A DNA stretch of 64,000 bases from Scyliorhinus canicula (lineage: Eukaryota): the NCBI RefSeq assembly GCF_902713615.1, contig NC_052162.1, positions 109,395,811 to 109,459,810 of the forward strand, in the 5' to 3' direction. The notes under the pieces were generated by a model. It had not been told where the DNA came from, did not search any database, and was given only the letters and a program-made list of their open reading frames with translations. Both the position numbers and the translations under genes were made by a program. Shown here piece after piece: positions 1-11,028 of the stretch. Each line of letters opens with the position of its first letter. The first letter of the stretch is position 1.

Positions 1-125
1 TCCTCTGGTTCTAGTTTTTCCTACAAGTGGAAACATCCTCTACACGTCCACTTTATTCAGGGCTCGCACTATCCTGTAAGTTTGAATAAGATCCCCTCTC
101 ATCCTTCAAAACTCCAACGAGTACT

Positions 126-449
126 CACGGTAGCATGGTGGTTAGCATCAATGCTTCACAGCTCCAGGGTCCCAGGTTCGATTCCCGGCTGGGTCACTGT
201 CTGTGTGGAGTCTGCACGTCCTCCCCGTGTGTGCGTGGGTTTCCTCCGGGTGCTCCGGTTTCCTCCCACAGTCCAAAGATGTGCGGGTTAGGTGGATTGG
301 CCATGCTAAATTGCCCGTAGTGTAAGGTTAATGGGGGGATTGTTGGGTTACAGGTATACGGGTTACGTGGGTTTAAGTAGGGTGATCATTGCTCGGCACA
401 ACATTGAGGGCCGAAGGGCCTGTTCTGTGCTGTACTGTTCTATGTTCTA
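126..449 (+). mobile_element. HE1-type tRNA-derived V-SINE (young)
   Basis: A/B boxes (tagcatggtgg; ggttcgattccc), V-domain gggtttcctccgggtgctccggtttcctcccacagtccaaaga, CR1-type tail. Confidence 0.9.
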
Positions 450-462
450 GTACAGACCCAGA

Positions 463-1722
463 GCAAGTTTGCAGATGATACTAAGATTGGTGGAGTTGCA
501 GATAGCGAGGAGGACTGTCAGAGAATACAACAAAATATAGATAAATTGGAGAGTTGGGCAGAGAAATGGCAGATGGAGTTCAATCCAGGCAAATGCGAGG
601 TGATGCATTTTGGAAGATCAAATTCAAGAGCGGACTATATGGTCAATGGAAAGGTCTTGGGGAAAATTGATGTACAGAGAGATCTGGGAGTTCAGGTCCA
701 TTGTACCCTGAAAGTGGCAACGCAGGTTGATAGAATGGTCAAGAAGGCATACAGCATGCTTGCCTTCATCAGACAGGGTATTGAGTACAAGAGTTGGCAG
801 GTCATGTAACAGTTATATAGGACTTTGGTTTGGCCACATTTGGAATACTGCGTGCAGTTCTAGAACATAGAACAGTACAGCACAGAACAGGCCCTTCGGC
901 CCTCAATGTTGTGCCACGCCATGATCACCCTACTCAAACCCACGTATCCCCCCTATACCCGTAACCCAACAACCCCCCCCGCCTTAACCTTACTTTTATT
1001 AGGACACTACGGGCAATTTAGCATGGCCAATCCACCTAACCCGCACATCTTTGGACTGTGGGAGGAAACCGGAGCACCCGGAGGAAACCCACGCACACAG
1101 GGGGAGGACGTGCAGACTCCACACAGACAGTGACCCAGCCGGGAATCGAACCTGGGACCCTGGAGCTGTGAAGCATTTATGCTAACCACCATGCTACCCT
1201 GCTGCCCCCAAATTACCAGAAGGATGTGGATGCTTTGGAGAGGGTGCAGAGGAGGTTCATCAGGATGTTGCCTGGTATGGAGGGTGCTAGCTATGAAGAA
1301 AGGTTGAGTAGATTAGGATTGTTTTCGTTGGAAAGACAGAGGTTGAGGGGGGACCTGATTGAGGGCTACAAAATTATGAGAGGTATGGACAGGGTGGATA
1401 GCAACAAGCTTTTCCCAAGAGTGGGGCTGTCAGTTACAAGGGGTCACGATTTCAAGGTGAGAGGGGGAAAGTTTAAGGGAGATGTGCATGGAAAGTTTTT
1501 TACGCAGAGGGTGGTGGGTGCCTGGAACGCTTTACCAGCGGAGGTGGTAGAGGTGGGCACGATAGCATCATTTAAGAGGCATCTAGACAGGTATATGAAC
1601 GGGCGGGAACAGAGGGAAGTAGACCTTGGAAAATAGGAGACAGGTTTAGATAAAGGATCTGGATCGGAGCAGGCTGGGAGGGCCGAAGGGCCTGTTCCTG
1701 TGCTGTAATTTTCTTTGTTCTT
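463..1722 (+). mobile_element. CR1 LINE 3' fragment (RT C-terminus) with a SINE inserted
   Basis: WAEKWQMEFNPGKCEVMHFG; LERVQRRF...RGDLIE...FFTQRVV; tail gggccgaagggcctgttcctgtgctgta. Confidence 0.9.
861..1207 (-). mobile_element. HE1-type V-SINE (young)
   Basis: Near-identical inverted copy of 126-449, inside a CR1. Confidence 0.9.
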
Positions 1723-2239
1723 GAGACATTTTGATTCTGGAATTCAAGTGAAACCCAACTGTTCTCTGTGATCTATGCACTGTCAGTCTTTCTTTTCTCT
1801 GGCTATATTTTGCTGTATGAATGCAAAGGAGGCAAAGTTGAGACCCTCTTGTCTCGTTTTGAGTGTCTATAAATAGACTAACCTTTTGAGTTAATCCTAT
1901 CCCAAAGGATTGGGATATTTGCCACCGTTTATAACCAAGGAATCATATCAAAGGCATCTTTAGTTTACAGATCGATGGTGAGTGAAGAAGTCAGTGTGGC
2001 TTAAATTGACACCCCTTCAGTCCCTAACTTATCCCAGTAACATCGCTCGGCATGGTTTTGCTCATGTTTCTGCAATTTTCTTGCATTTAATGCTGACTTG
2101 CAACAAGTCTTGTTTGTCCATCACGCCTGTGCTCACGAGCCAAAAGACGTCTCCTAGTTCATAAGCACCCAAAACTTAAAATTCCTTGTTTTCCTTCATG
2201 GTTGTGACCTTGAAATACATGTCCAAAGGTCTACATCTG

Positions 2240-2880
2240 CAGTGCTATAACCTGGCCAGGTGCTGGGAAATTAGATTAAAATGGGCGGCTCGTGCATTTT
2301 TTCTCTTTATTGGCCGGAAAACATGATGGACTGAATGGCCTCTCTGCACGGTCAGCTGCCTCAAAGAAATATGGCGGCTACGCCTGCCCTTTAGTCCGTG
2401 TGACCCGCACAAATATGACCGCCACGCATACGTCCTATTACATATTAACATGGCGGACTTGAAGCCCAGCCTTGAACTCAGGAAAAGTCTGTGCTCCCAC
2501 TCAATGGAAACGGGAGACTGGAAAGTTCTTCTTCGGGATTGGAGGTTAATACAACATGCTTACGAAGCCTCTCCGCCCATCTGCCACATTCATCAATAGC
2601 TCTCGCTCCGTCCCGTGATTTCGCATTTCCTGCCTGGATTTCAGGATCAACTTCTTCCCGTCGCCATTCCTCATACTGCGCATGCTCCATTCTTAGTCCC
2701 GCCCCGCTATCTCTCCGATTCATGAGGATCCGCCCGGTCTTCCAGCCCCGCCCCCTCTCTCTGTTGGTCCGGAGCTGCCGTCAATCAGCCGGGCATTGTG
2801 ACGCTCCCAAATGGTAACAGCCACAGACTCAGTCTGATTTACTGATTATTGCCAGCATTCTCTGGGGATGAGAACTAGAA
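2240..2880 (-). promoter_or_regulatory. Duplicated ZNF promoter/first-exon module, copy 1 (gene probably left of the window)
   Basis: CpG-rich; TGCGCATGC (NRF1-like), GC boxes, TGACG and ATGGCGGC (YY1-like). Homologous to the 17.0 and 29.4 kb copies. Confidence 0.6.
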
Positions 2881-3065
2881 ATATTTGAGCGAGAGATGGA
2901 TGTTCAGTTGTCTTCTAGTCGGGTCGGGACGGAGGCGCAGAAGAGAGGAGATTCACACTCATTTCCCGAGTGCTCTGATTATCATTTTTACTACATATGA
3001 GAAATTCCCCACTTCAAGCAAACTTTTGTGTTTAAAATTGTTACTGAGAAGGAGTACTGAGTCTC

Positions 3066-3406
3066 CATAGAATCCCTGCAGTGCAGAAGTAGGCCTTTCT
3101 GCCCATCGAGTCTGCACCGACCCCTCGAATGAGCAGTTTGCCCATCCACAAGTGTCCACGCCTACCTATCCCTGTAATCCATAGCTGAACCTGCCCAACC
3201 CTGGACACAAAGGGGCAATTTAGCATAGCCAATCCACCTTAACCTTCCTATCTTTGGACTGTGGGAGGAAACCAGAGCACCCAGAGAAATCCCACACAGA
3301 CAAGGGGAGAACGTACAAACTCCACACAGTAACCCCAAGCCAGAATTGAACATGGGCCCATGGTGCTGTGAGGTAGCAGTGCTAACCACTGTGTCACCTT
3401 GCCGCC
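3066..3406 (-). mobile_element. HE1-type V-SINE (older)
   Basis: V-domain and tail recognisable. Confidence 0.8.
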
Positions 3407-3629
3407 CATGTCGGACACAGTTATTGTCTCATTCTTTAAAATGTCCTTCTTCATCTTTAAACATGAACGATAAGTCAGAGAAATCTGATCCACTGTGACC
3501 CAAAAACAAGATACTGCAGATGCTGCAAATCCCACTTTAAAACAGAAAATGTTGCTAATACTCAAATCAAACAGTTTCTATGGAGAGGGAAACAGAGTGA
3601 ATGTTTCAGGTTGCCTGAACTTTTATAAC

Positions 3630-5575
3630 AACGTAAGACAAAGAAGCAGAATTAGGCTATTCGGCACATCGCGTCTGCTCGGCCATTTAATCATGGGCGA
3701 TATCTTTCTCATCCCCATTTTACTGCCTTCTTTCCATGACCTTTGATCCCCTTATTAATCAAGAACTTATCTATCTCTGTCTTAAAGACATTCAGTGATT
3801 TAACCTCCACAGCCTTCTGAGGCAAAGAGTTCCACAGATTCATCACCCTCTGGCTGAAGACATTCCTCATCTGTTTTACAGGATCGCCCTTCAGTCTGAG
3901 GCTGTGCCCTCGGGTTCTAGTTTTTCCTACTGGTGGAAACATCCTCTCAATGTCCACTCTATCTCGGCCCCTCAGTATCTTATAAATTTCAATAAGATCC
4001 CCCTCATCCGGGGCGACATTGTGTCATAGTGGTTAGCACTGCTGCCTCACAGCGCCAGAGACCTGGGTTCGATTCTGACCTCCGGTTATTGTCAGTGTGG
4101 AGTTTGCATACTCTTCCTGTGTCTGCGTGGGTTTCCTCTGGGTGTTCCACTTTCCTCCCACAGTCCAAAGATGTGCAGGTTAAGTGGATTGGCTATGCTA
4201 AATTGCCCCTAGGTGGGGTTTGGTGGATATGGTGGAGAACTGGACCCTCGTAGGTTGCTCTATCAGAGGTCCAGTGCAGATTCGATGGCTAAAAGGCCTC
4301 CTTCTGCACTGTAGGGATTCCATGATCCTTCTGAACTCCAATAAGTACAGGCCCAGAGTCCTCAACTGCTCCCCATATGACAAGCTCTTCATTCCAGGGA
4401 TCATTCTTGTGACACTCCTCTGGACCCTTTCAAAGCACACATCATTCCTTAGATAAACGGCCCAAAACTGCTCACAATACTCCAAAAAGGGTCTGACCAG
4501 AGCATTATACAACCTCACATGTCCATCCCTGCTCTTGTATTCTAGCCCTCTCGACATGAATGCTGACATTGCATTTGCCTTCCTAACTGCTGACTGAACC
4601 TGCACGTTAACCTTCCGAGAAGCTTGACCTAGGAGTCCTAAGTCCCTTTGTGCTTCTGAGTTCCTAAGCCATTTCTCATTTAGAAAATAGTCTATGCCTA
4701 AATTCCTCCTTCCAAAGTGCATAAACTCATTTTCCCACATTGTATTCCAGCTGCCACTTCTTTGCCCTCTCTTCGCCTGTCCAAATCCTTCTGCAGCCCC
4801 TCTGCTTCCCGAATACTACTTGTCCCTCTGCATATCTTTGTATCATTTACAAACTTAGCAAGTGCTCTCAGTTCCTTCTTCCAGATCATTTATGTATATT
4901 TTGGAAAGTCGTGGTCCCAACACCAACTCACTAGTCACCAGCTTCCATCCTGAAAAGGCCCCCTTTATCCTCACTCTGTCTCCTGTCAGTCAGCCAATCC
5001 TCTATCCATGCCAGTATCTTACCCTTAACATATGGACTCTTAACTTTTTTAACAGCCTCCTATACGGCACCTTATCAAAGGCCTTCTGGAAATCTAAATA
5101 GATTATGTCCACAGGTTCTCCTTTGTCAAAGAATTGTAACAGATTTGTCAGACATGACCTACTCTTGACGAAGCCGTGCTGACCCAGTCCTATTTTATCA
5201 TGCACTTCCAAGTAGTCTGCAACTTCATCTTTATTAATCAATTCTAAAATCTTACCAATGATCAAAGTCAGGCTAACCGGCCTATCATTTCCCATCTTCT
5301 GCCTCCCTCCCTTCTTAAACAAGGGTCTTACATTAGCCATTTTCCAGTCCTCTTGGACCCTCTCTGCCTCTAGTGATTCCTGAAAGATCACCACTAATAC
5401 GCCACAATCTCCTCAGCTATCTCCTTTTAAGCCCTTGGGCTGCAGTCCATCCACTCCAGGTCATTTATCCACCTTCAGAACCTTCAGTTTCCTCAGAACT
5501 TCTCCTTCGTGATTGTCACTACACTCACCTCTGCCCCCTGATTCTCCTGCAGTTCTAGTATCCCACCGGTTTTGT
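3630..5575 (-). mobile_element. CR1 LINE RT fragment with a SINE inserted
   Basis: DWKMANVRPLFKKG...RPVSLT...QHGF...YLDFQKAFDKVP; LEYCEQFW. Confidence 0.9.
4010..4322 (+). mobile_element. HE1-type V-SINE
   Basis: Head, V-domain and tail present, inside a CR1. Confidence 0.82.
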
Positions 5576-5628
5576 GGACAGATTATAAACAGGGATTGTT
5601 CCCTTTAGAGCAAAGAACAGACATCTTT

Positions 5629-5944
5629 GGGCAGCATGGTAGCACAAGTGGATAGCACTGTGGCTTCACAGCGCCAGGGTCCCAGGTTCGATTCCCCGCT
5701 GGGTCACTGTGCGGAGTAGGCACGTTCTCCCCATGGCTGCGTGGGTTTCCTCCGGGTGCTCCGGTTTCCTCCCACAGTCCAAAGATGTGCAGGTTAGGTG
5801 GATTGGCCATGCTAAATTGCCCTTAGTGTCCAAAAAGGTTAGGATGGTTATTGGGTTGCGGGGATGGGGTGGAAGTGAGGGCTTAAGTGGGGCAGTGCAG
5901 ACTCGATGGGCCAAATGGCCTCCTTCTGCACTGTATGCTCTATG
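5629..5944 (+). mobile_element. HE1-type V-SINE
   Basis: Head, V-domain and tail present. Confidence 0.85.
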
Positions 5945-6202
5945 AAAAACAGCTTCTTCCCCACTGTTAGCAGACACCTAAACGACCCTCTTATGGATTG
6001 ACCTAATTAATGCGACACCCCTGTATACTTCACCCGATGCCAGTATTATGCAGTTACATTGTGTACCTTGTGTGGCCCTATTATGTATTTTCTTTTATTT
6101 CCTTTTCTGTTCATTTACTTAATGATCTGTTAATCTGCTTGCAGAAAAATACTTTTCACTGTACCTTGGTACACATAACAATAAACAAATCCAAATCCAA
6201 AA
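5945..6202 (+). mobile_element. Rex1-type LINE 3' end
   Basis: aaaaacagcttcttccc... and gtaccttggtacac...aataaacaaatcc, matching the 3' UTR at 37935-38520. Confidence 0.65.
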
Positions 6203-6639
6203 AAGATGAAATGGAGATTTCATGGAGCTGTTCAATATTATGTGTTGGGGCAATGGAGATGGGTGCTTTGATAGAGCACATATGGAGAAACTGTTTCCAC
6301 TGACGAGGATCGTGATTGAAGATAATCAAAGAAAGACAGATTTGTATTTAGAAAGCACCCTGGACGTCAGAGTGAAATCATTATTACAATGGCTAACATG
6401 TGCTCCTATGTTTTGTGGTCTATTCCTTTGTAACCTGGCTATTCCCAGCCTCCCACATAAAGATGGGGTCATTCAAAAATTAAAACCAAGCTTATCTAGT
6501 TGGTTTTTACCCCCAAATTAATACCTGAAACTGCACTGGAGTTTATTAACATTAGCAGAAAAAGACCATAAGAGGCCACAATAAACATGGTTCTGTCCAT
6601 TGAATTGATTTAACAGCAAAATCCAACCACTGTAGTTAT

Positions 6640-6810
6640 TTGTGAACTCGCTGGTGTCTCAGAAGATGGGATAACTGAGTGAATCCCTTCCCACTCCGGG
6701 AACAGGTGAACGGCCTCCCTCAATGTGAATTCGCTGGTGTGTCTGCAGGGTGGATGACCAAGTGAATCACTTCCCATAATAGGAACAGGTGAATGGTCTC
6801 TCCCCAGCGT
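6640..6810 (-). pseudogene. Orphaned last fingers of ZNF-A
   Basis: Degenerate GERPF-type fingers ending cagcgagttcacaaataactacagtg, like the end of ZNF-B. Separated from the ORF by an L1 insertion. Confidence 0.75.
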
Positions 6811-6812
6811 AA

Positions 6813-8335
6813 AGTTTTAAAATATATATATTTTATTTACAAGCACGTCAGCATAGGACAAAATAAATAAAGTACATACTGTTTGTTCAATTTTTCCCCC
6901 TTTTAAACCCCCAACACCCCCTCCTCTCCAGCTACCCCCCACCCCCCTCCCCCAGCGACAAACAATTCCTCAAACACGGATAGAAACGGTCTCGAACGCA
7001 CATAAAACTTCTCCTCCGATCCTCTAAGGGCGAACTTTATCTTCTCCAGCCTAAGAAATTCGTACAAATCCCCCAAACAAGCCATGACTCCCAGCGGTGC
7101 TGCTGACCTTCATTTCAATAGTATCCGCCACCAGTCAATCAGAGAGGCAAAGGGCACAATGTCAGTCCCCTTCCCCTCCTGCAACCCCGGACCCTCCAAT
7201 ATTCCAAAGATCACCACCATAAGGTCTGGCGTCATCCTAACCACCACAATCCCTACCAAACTCTCAAACACCACCTCCCAAAAGCTACCCAACTTTGCGC
7301 ACCATCAAATCATGTAAACATGATTTGTTGCCCCCGCCTCCCACATCTCTCACACGCATCTTCTACTACCGGGAAACAACATCCATCTGGGTCAGACTCA
7401 TATGAACCCTATGTATTACCTTAAACTGTACAAGGCACAGCTACCCACAAGAGGAGGTTGAGTTGATTCGGTTTATTATCTCGCTCCAAATTCCCCTCCC
7501 CACCTCGATCCCAAACTCTTTCTCCCACTCTCGTCTCATCCCTTCCACTTGGGCCGACCCCTTCTCCACAACCATCCACAGATCTCCTCAATCCTCCGTT
7601 CTCCCCACTCATCCGGGATCAACAGCTTCTTCAACAAAGTACAGTCTGGCAGCTGAGGAAACAAGGGCAGTTTCTTCGCTCACCTGCCAATATTTAAACT
7701 TGCTTTCTCTCGGCAACTCAAACTCGCAATTCCTCCAGCCCCGCAAACTCACCCTCAACAAACAGGTCCCTAACCCGCTCTATCCCTTCCTCCGACATCT
7801 CCTGTACATCCCATCCATTCCGCCCGATACAAGTCTATGGTTTCTACATAATGGGGTTAATACCGACATATGCACTAATTTAAAGTGCCTCCTCAACTGA
7901 TTGCAGGTCTTAAATCAAGATTCCACTACTGGGCTGCTCGTATACTTGAAATGAATGAAACTTGCTTATTGTCACAAGTAGGCTTCAAATGAAGTTACTG
8001 TGAAAAGCCCCTAGTCGCCACATTCTGGCGCCTGATCGGGGAGGCTGGTACGGGAATTGAACCATGCTGCTGGATTGCCTGGGTCTGCTTTCAAAGCCAG
8101 CGATTTAGCCCTGTGCTAAACCAGCCCACTTCCCTGGGGAAAAAGCAAGGGGCCTTCGCCAGGGCCCTCAAACTCATCCCCCTACAAGATTCCTCCTCCA
8201 ACCGGACACAGTCCCCCCCCCCCCCCCCCCCCCCACTTTCTACTCAATACCGTATCATCTTCTCGGCATTTGCAACCCAATAATTATGCAGCAGGTTAGG
8301 GAAGGCCAGGCCCTCCTCCTTCCCCCAAAGTAAAG
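6813..8335 (-). mobile_element. L1-clade LINE 3' fragment inserted in the ZNF-A last exon
   Basis: C-terminal peptide LGDLYEFLRLEKIKFALRGS, homologous to the 57.9-61.2 kb element; AATAAA/A-rich tail at ~6815-6840. Confidence 0.8.
7949..8128 (-). mobile_element. Short tRNA-derived SINE, family 2
   Basis: Inverted copy of 22671-22852. Confidence 0.8.
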
Positions 8336-8470
8336 TTTCTGGTGTTCAGTGAGTTCAGATGATCACCTGAGCCCAGTCCCAGTGAGAACACCTGAATTGT
8401 TTCTCGTCAGTGTGAACACGTTGATGGGACATCAGATTTCAGGAACTTTAAAGCACTTCCCGCAGTCCGG
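8336..8470 (-). pseudogene. Degenerate fingers downstream of the ZNF-A stop codon
   Basis: Finger-like codons continue after TGA (ccg gac tgc ggg aag tgc ttt aaa; cac act gac gag aaa). Confidence 0.7.
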
Positions 8471-10642
8471 TCATTTAAAACGTCCCTCATCAGTGTGGAC
8501 TCGTTGATGGTTTATCAGGTTCCCGGAACTTCTGAAGCGCCTCTCACAGTCTGGACATTTAAAAGGTCTCTCATCAGTATGAACTCGTTGATGGGACATC
8601 AGGTTCCGGGAACTTTTAAAGCACTTCCCGCAGTCTGGGCATTTAAATGGTCTCTCATCAGTGTGAATGCATTGATGGGACATCAGTTGCGAGGAACGTT
8701 TAAAGCACTTCTCGCAGTCTGGGCATTTAAAAGGTCTCTCATCCGTGTGAAGTCGTTGATGGAACATCAGGTTCCTGGAACTTTTAAAGCACTTCCCACA
8801 GTCTGGACATTTAAAAGGTCTCTCATCAGTATGAACTCGTTGGTGCGAGATAAGGTTCCCAGAACTTTTAAAATACTTCCCGCAGTCTGGGCAGCTAAAA
8901 GGTCTTTCATCAATGTGAACCCGTTGATGGGACAGCAGTTGCGAGGAACGTTTAAAACACTTTTCGCAGTGTGGACATTTAAACGGTCTCTCATCAGTGT
9001 GAACTTCTCGATGGCACATCAGGTTCCCGGAACTTTTAAAGCATTTCCCGCAGTCTGAGCATTTGAAAGATCTCTCATCATTGTGAACTCGCTGATGGGA
9101 GATTAGGTTCCAGGAACTTTTAAAGCACATCTCACAGTCTGGGCATTTAAATGGTCTTTCATCAGTGTGAATGCTTTGATGGGACATCAGGTTCCAAGAA
9201 CTTTTAAAGCATTTCCCGCAATCTGAACATTTAAAAGGTCTCTCATCATTGTGAACTCGCTGATGGGACAACAGGTTCCGGGAACTTTTAAAGCACATCT
9301 CACAGTCTGGGCATTTAAATGGTCTTTCATCAATGTGGACGCGTTGATGGGACATCAGATCCGAGGAACGTTTAAAGCACTTCTCGCAGTCTGCACATTT
9401 AAAAGGTCTCTCATCCGTGTGAACCCGTTGATGGGACATCAGGCTTCTGGAACTTTTAAAGCATTTCCCGCAGTCTGAACATTTAAAATGTCTCTCATCA
9501 TTGTGAACTCGCTGATGGGACATCAGGTTCCGGGAACTTTTAAAGCACATCTCACAGTCTGGGCATTTAAATGGTCTTTCATCAATGTGGACGCGTTGAT
9601 GGGACATAAGTTCCGAGGAACGTTTAAAGCACTTTTCGCAGTCTGGACATTTAAACGGTCTCTCATCAGTGTGAACTTGTCGATGGGACATCAGGTTCCT
9701 GGAACTTTTAAAGCAATTTGTGCAGTCTGGACATTTAAAAGGTCTCTCATCTGTGTGAACTCGTTGGTGGGACATCAGGTTCCCGAAACTTTTAAAACAC
9801 TTCCCGCAGTCTGGGCATTTATAAGGTCTCTCATCAATGTGAACCCGTTGATGGGACATCAGTTCCGAGGAACGTTTAAAGCACTTTTCGCAGTCTGGAC
9901 ATTTAAACGGTCTCTCATCAGTGTGAACTTGTCGATGGGACATCAGGGTCCCGGAACCTTTGAAGCATTTTTCACAGACTGAGCATTGAAAAGATCTCTC
10001 ATCATTGTGAACTCGCTGATGGGACATCGGGTTCTGGGAACTTTTAAAGCACATCTCGCAGTCTGAGCATTTAAAAGATCTCTCATCATTGTGAACTCGC
10101 TGATGTGACATCAGGTTCTGGGAACTTTTAAAGCACATCTCACAGTCTGGGCATTTAAATAGTCTTTCATCAGTGTGAACACGTTGATGGGACATCAGGT
10201 TCCCGGAATGTTTAAAGCATTTCCCGCAGTCTGGGCATTTAAAAGGTCTCTCATCATTGTGAACCCGCTGATGGGACATCAGGATCCGGGAACTTTTAAA
10301 GCACATCTCACAGTTTGGGCATTTAAATGGTCTTTCATCAGTGTGAACGCATTGATGGGACATCAGTTCCGAGGAACGTTTAAAGCACTTTGCGCAGTCT
10401 GGACATTTAAAAGGTCTCTCATCTGTGTGAACTTGTCGATGGGACATCAGGTTCCCGGAACTTTTAAAACACTTCCCGCAGTCTGGGCATTGAAAAGGTC
10501 TCTCAGCAGTGTGAACTCGTTGATGGGCCATCAATTCCCAGGAGCGTTTAAAGCACTTCCCACAATCTGGGCATTTAAAAAGTCTCTCATTAGTGTGAAT
10601 TATCTTCCAGAAATTTTGAAGAACTTCACGTAGTTTGAGCAT
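8471..10642 (-). CDS. Tandem C2H2 zinc-finger protein ZNF-A (25 fingers, no effector domain)
   Basis: 723-aa stop-free ORF: 23-aa leader plus 25 x 28-aa CxxC...HxxxH repeats (consensus [28 protein letters not shown]). The upstream part of the exon (to the acceptor at ~11265) is decayed and interrupted by a SINE. The stop is TGA in place of a finger Cys codon. Expression is unproven. Confidence 0.8.
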   Translation of the reverse strand: MLKLREVLQNFWKIIHTNERLFKCPDCGKCFKRSWELMAHQRVHTAERPFQCPDCGKCFKSSGNLMSHRQVHTDERPFKCPDCAKCFKRSSELMSHQCVHTDERPFKCPNCEMCFKSSRILMSHQRVHNDERPFKCPDCGKCFKHSGNLMSHQRVHTDERLFKCPDCEMCFKSSQNLMSHQRVHNDERSFKCSDCEMCFKSSQNPMSHQRVHNDERSFQCSVCEKCFKGSGTLMSHRQVHTDERPFKCPDCEKCFKRSSELMSHQRVHIDERPYKCPDCGKCFKSFGNLMSHQRVHTDERPFKCPDCTNCFKSSRNLMSHRQVHTDERPFKCPDCEKCFKRSSELMSHQRVHIDERPFKCPDCEMCFKSSRNLMSHQRVHNDERHFKCSDCGKCFKSSRSLMSHQRVHTDERPFKCADCEKCFKRSSDLMSHQRVHIDERPFKCPDCEMCFKSSRNLLSHQRVHNDERPFKCSDCGKCFKSSWNLMSHQSIHTDERPFKCPDCEMCFKSSWNLISHQRVHNDERSFKCSDCGKCFKSSGNLMCHREVHTDERPFKCPHCEKCFKRSSQLLSHQRVHIDERPFSCPDCGKYFKSSGNLISHQRVHTDERPFKCPDCGKCFKSSRNLMFHQRLHTDERPFKCPDCEKCFKRSSQLMSHQCIHTDERPFKCPDCGKCFKSSRNLMSHQRVHTDERPFKCPDCERRFRSSGNLINHQRVHTDEGRFK

Positions 10643-10761
10643 TTAAATGGTCTCTCCCCACTATGGATCCGCTGGTGTGTCAGCATAATGAATTACTTCA
10701 CATAGGTGTGACATCGTTGATGAATTTTCAGAACTGATGGGTAATTGAATTCCTTCCCACA

Positions 10762-11028
10762 ATAATAATAATCTTTATTGTCACAAGTAGGCTTACATTA
10801 ACACTGCAATTAAGTTACTGTGAAAATCCCCTAGTCGTCACATTCCGGTGCCTGTTCGGGTACACAGAGGGAGAATTCAGAATGTCCAATTCACCTAACG
10901 ACACGTCTTTCGGGACTTGTGGGTGGAAACCGGAGCACCCGGAGGGAACCTACGCAGACAAAGGGAGAAGTGCAGATTCCACACAGACAGTGACCCAAGC
11001 CGGGAATCGAACCTGGGACACTGGAGCA
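10762..11028 (-). mobile_element. Chimeric SINE (V-SINE head plus family-2 tail) inside the ZNF-A exon
   Basis: V-domain joined to ttttcacagtaactt...gcctacttgtgacaataaagattattattatt. Confidence 0.78.

Noticed and set aside
126-200. tRNA genes suggested by A/B boxes
   Set aside because: These are SINE heads continuing into V-domain and tail; no complete cloverleaf or T-run terminator.
135-320. Identical 61-aa ORF (MVVSINASQLQGP...) recurring at 135, 1007, 16625 and 57117
   Set aside because: Translation of a young SINE, not a gene family.
8495-10633. Plus-strand repetitive ORFs antisense to ZNF-A, and alternative-frame ORFs in ZNF-B (24616-25495)
   Set aside because: Shadows of the 84-bp finger repeat; interrupted and without independent signals.
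8471-10642. PRDM9 or KRAB-ZNF assignment
   Set aside because: No SET, KRAB or SSXRD-like exon is seen, and the family's start codon lies within the finger exon.
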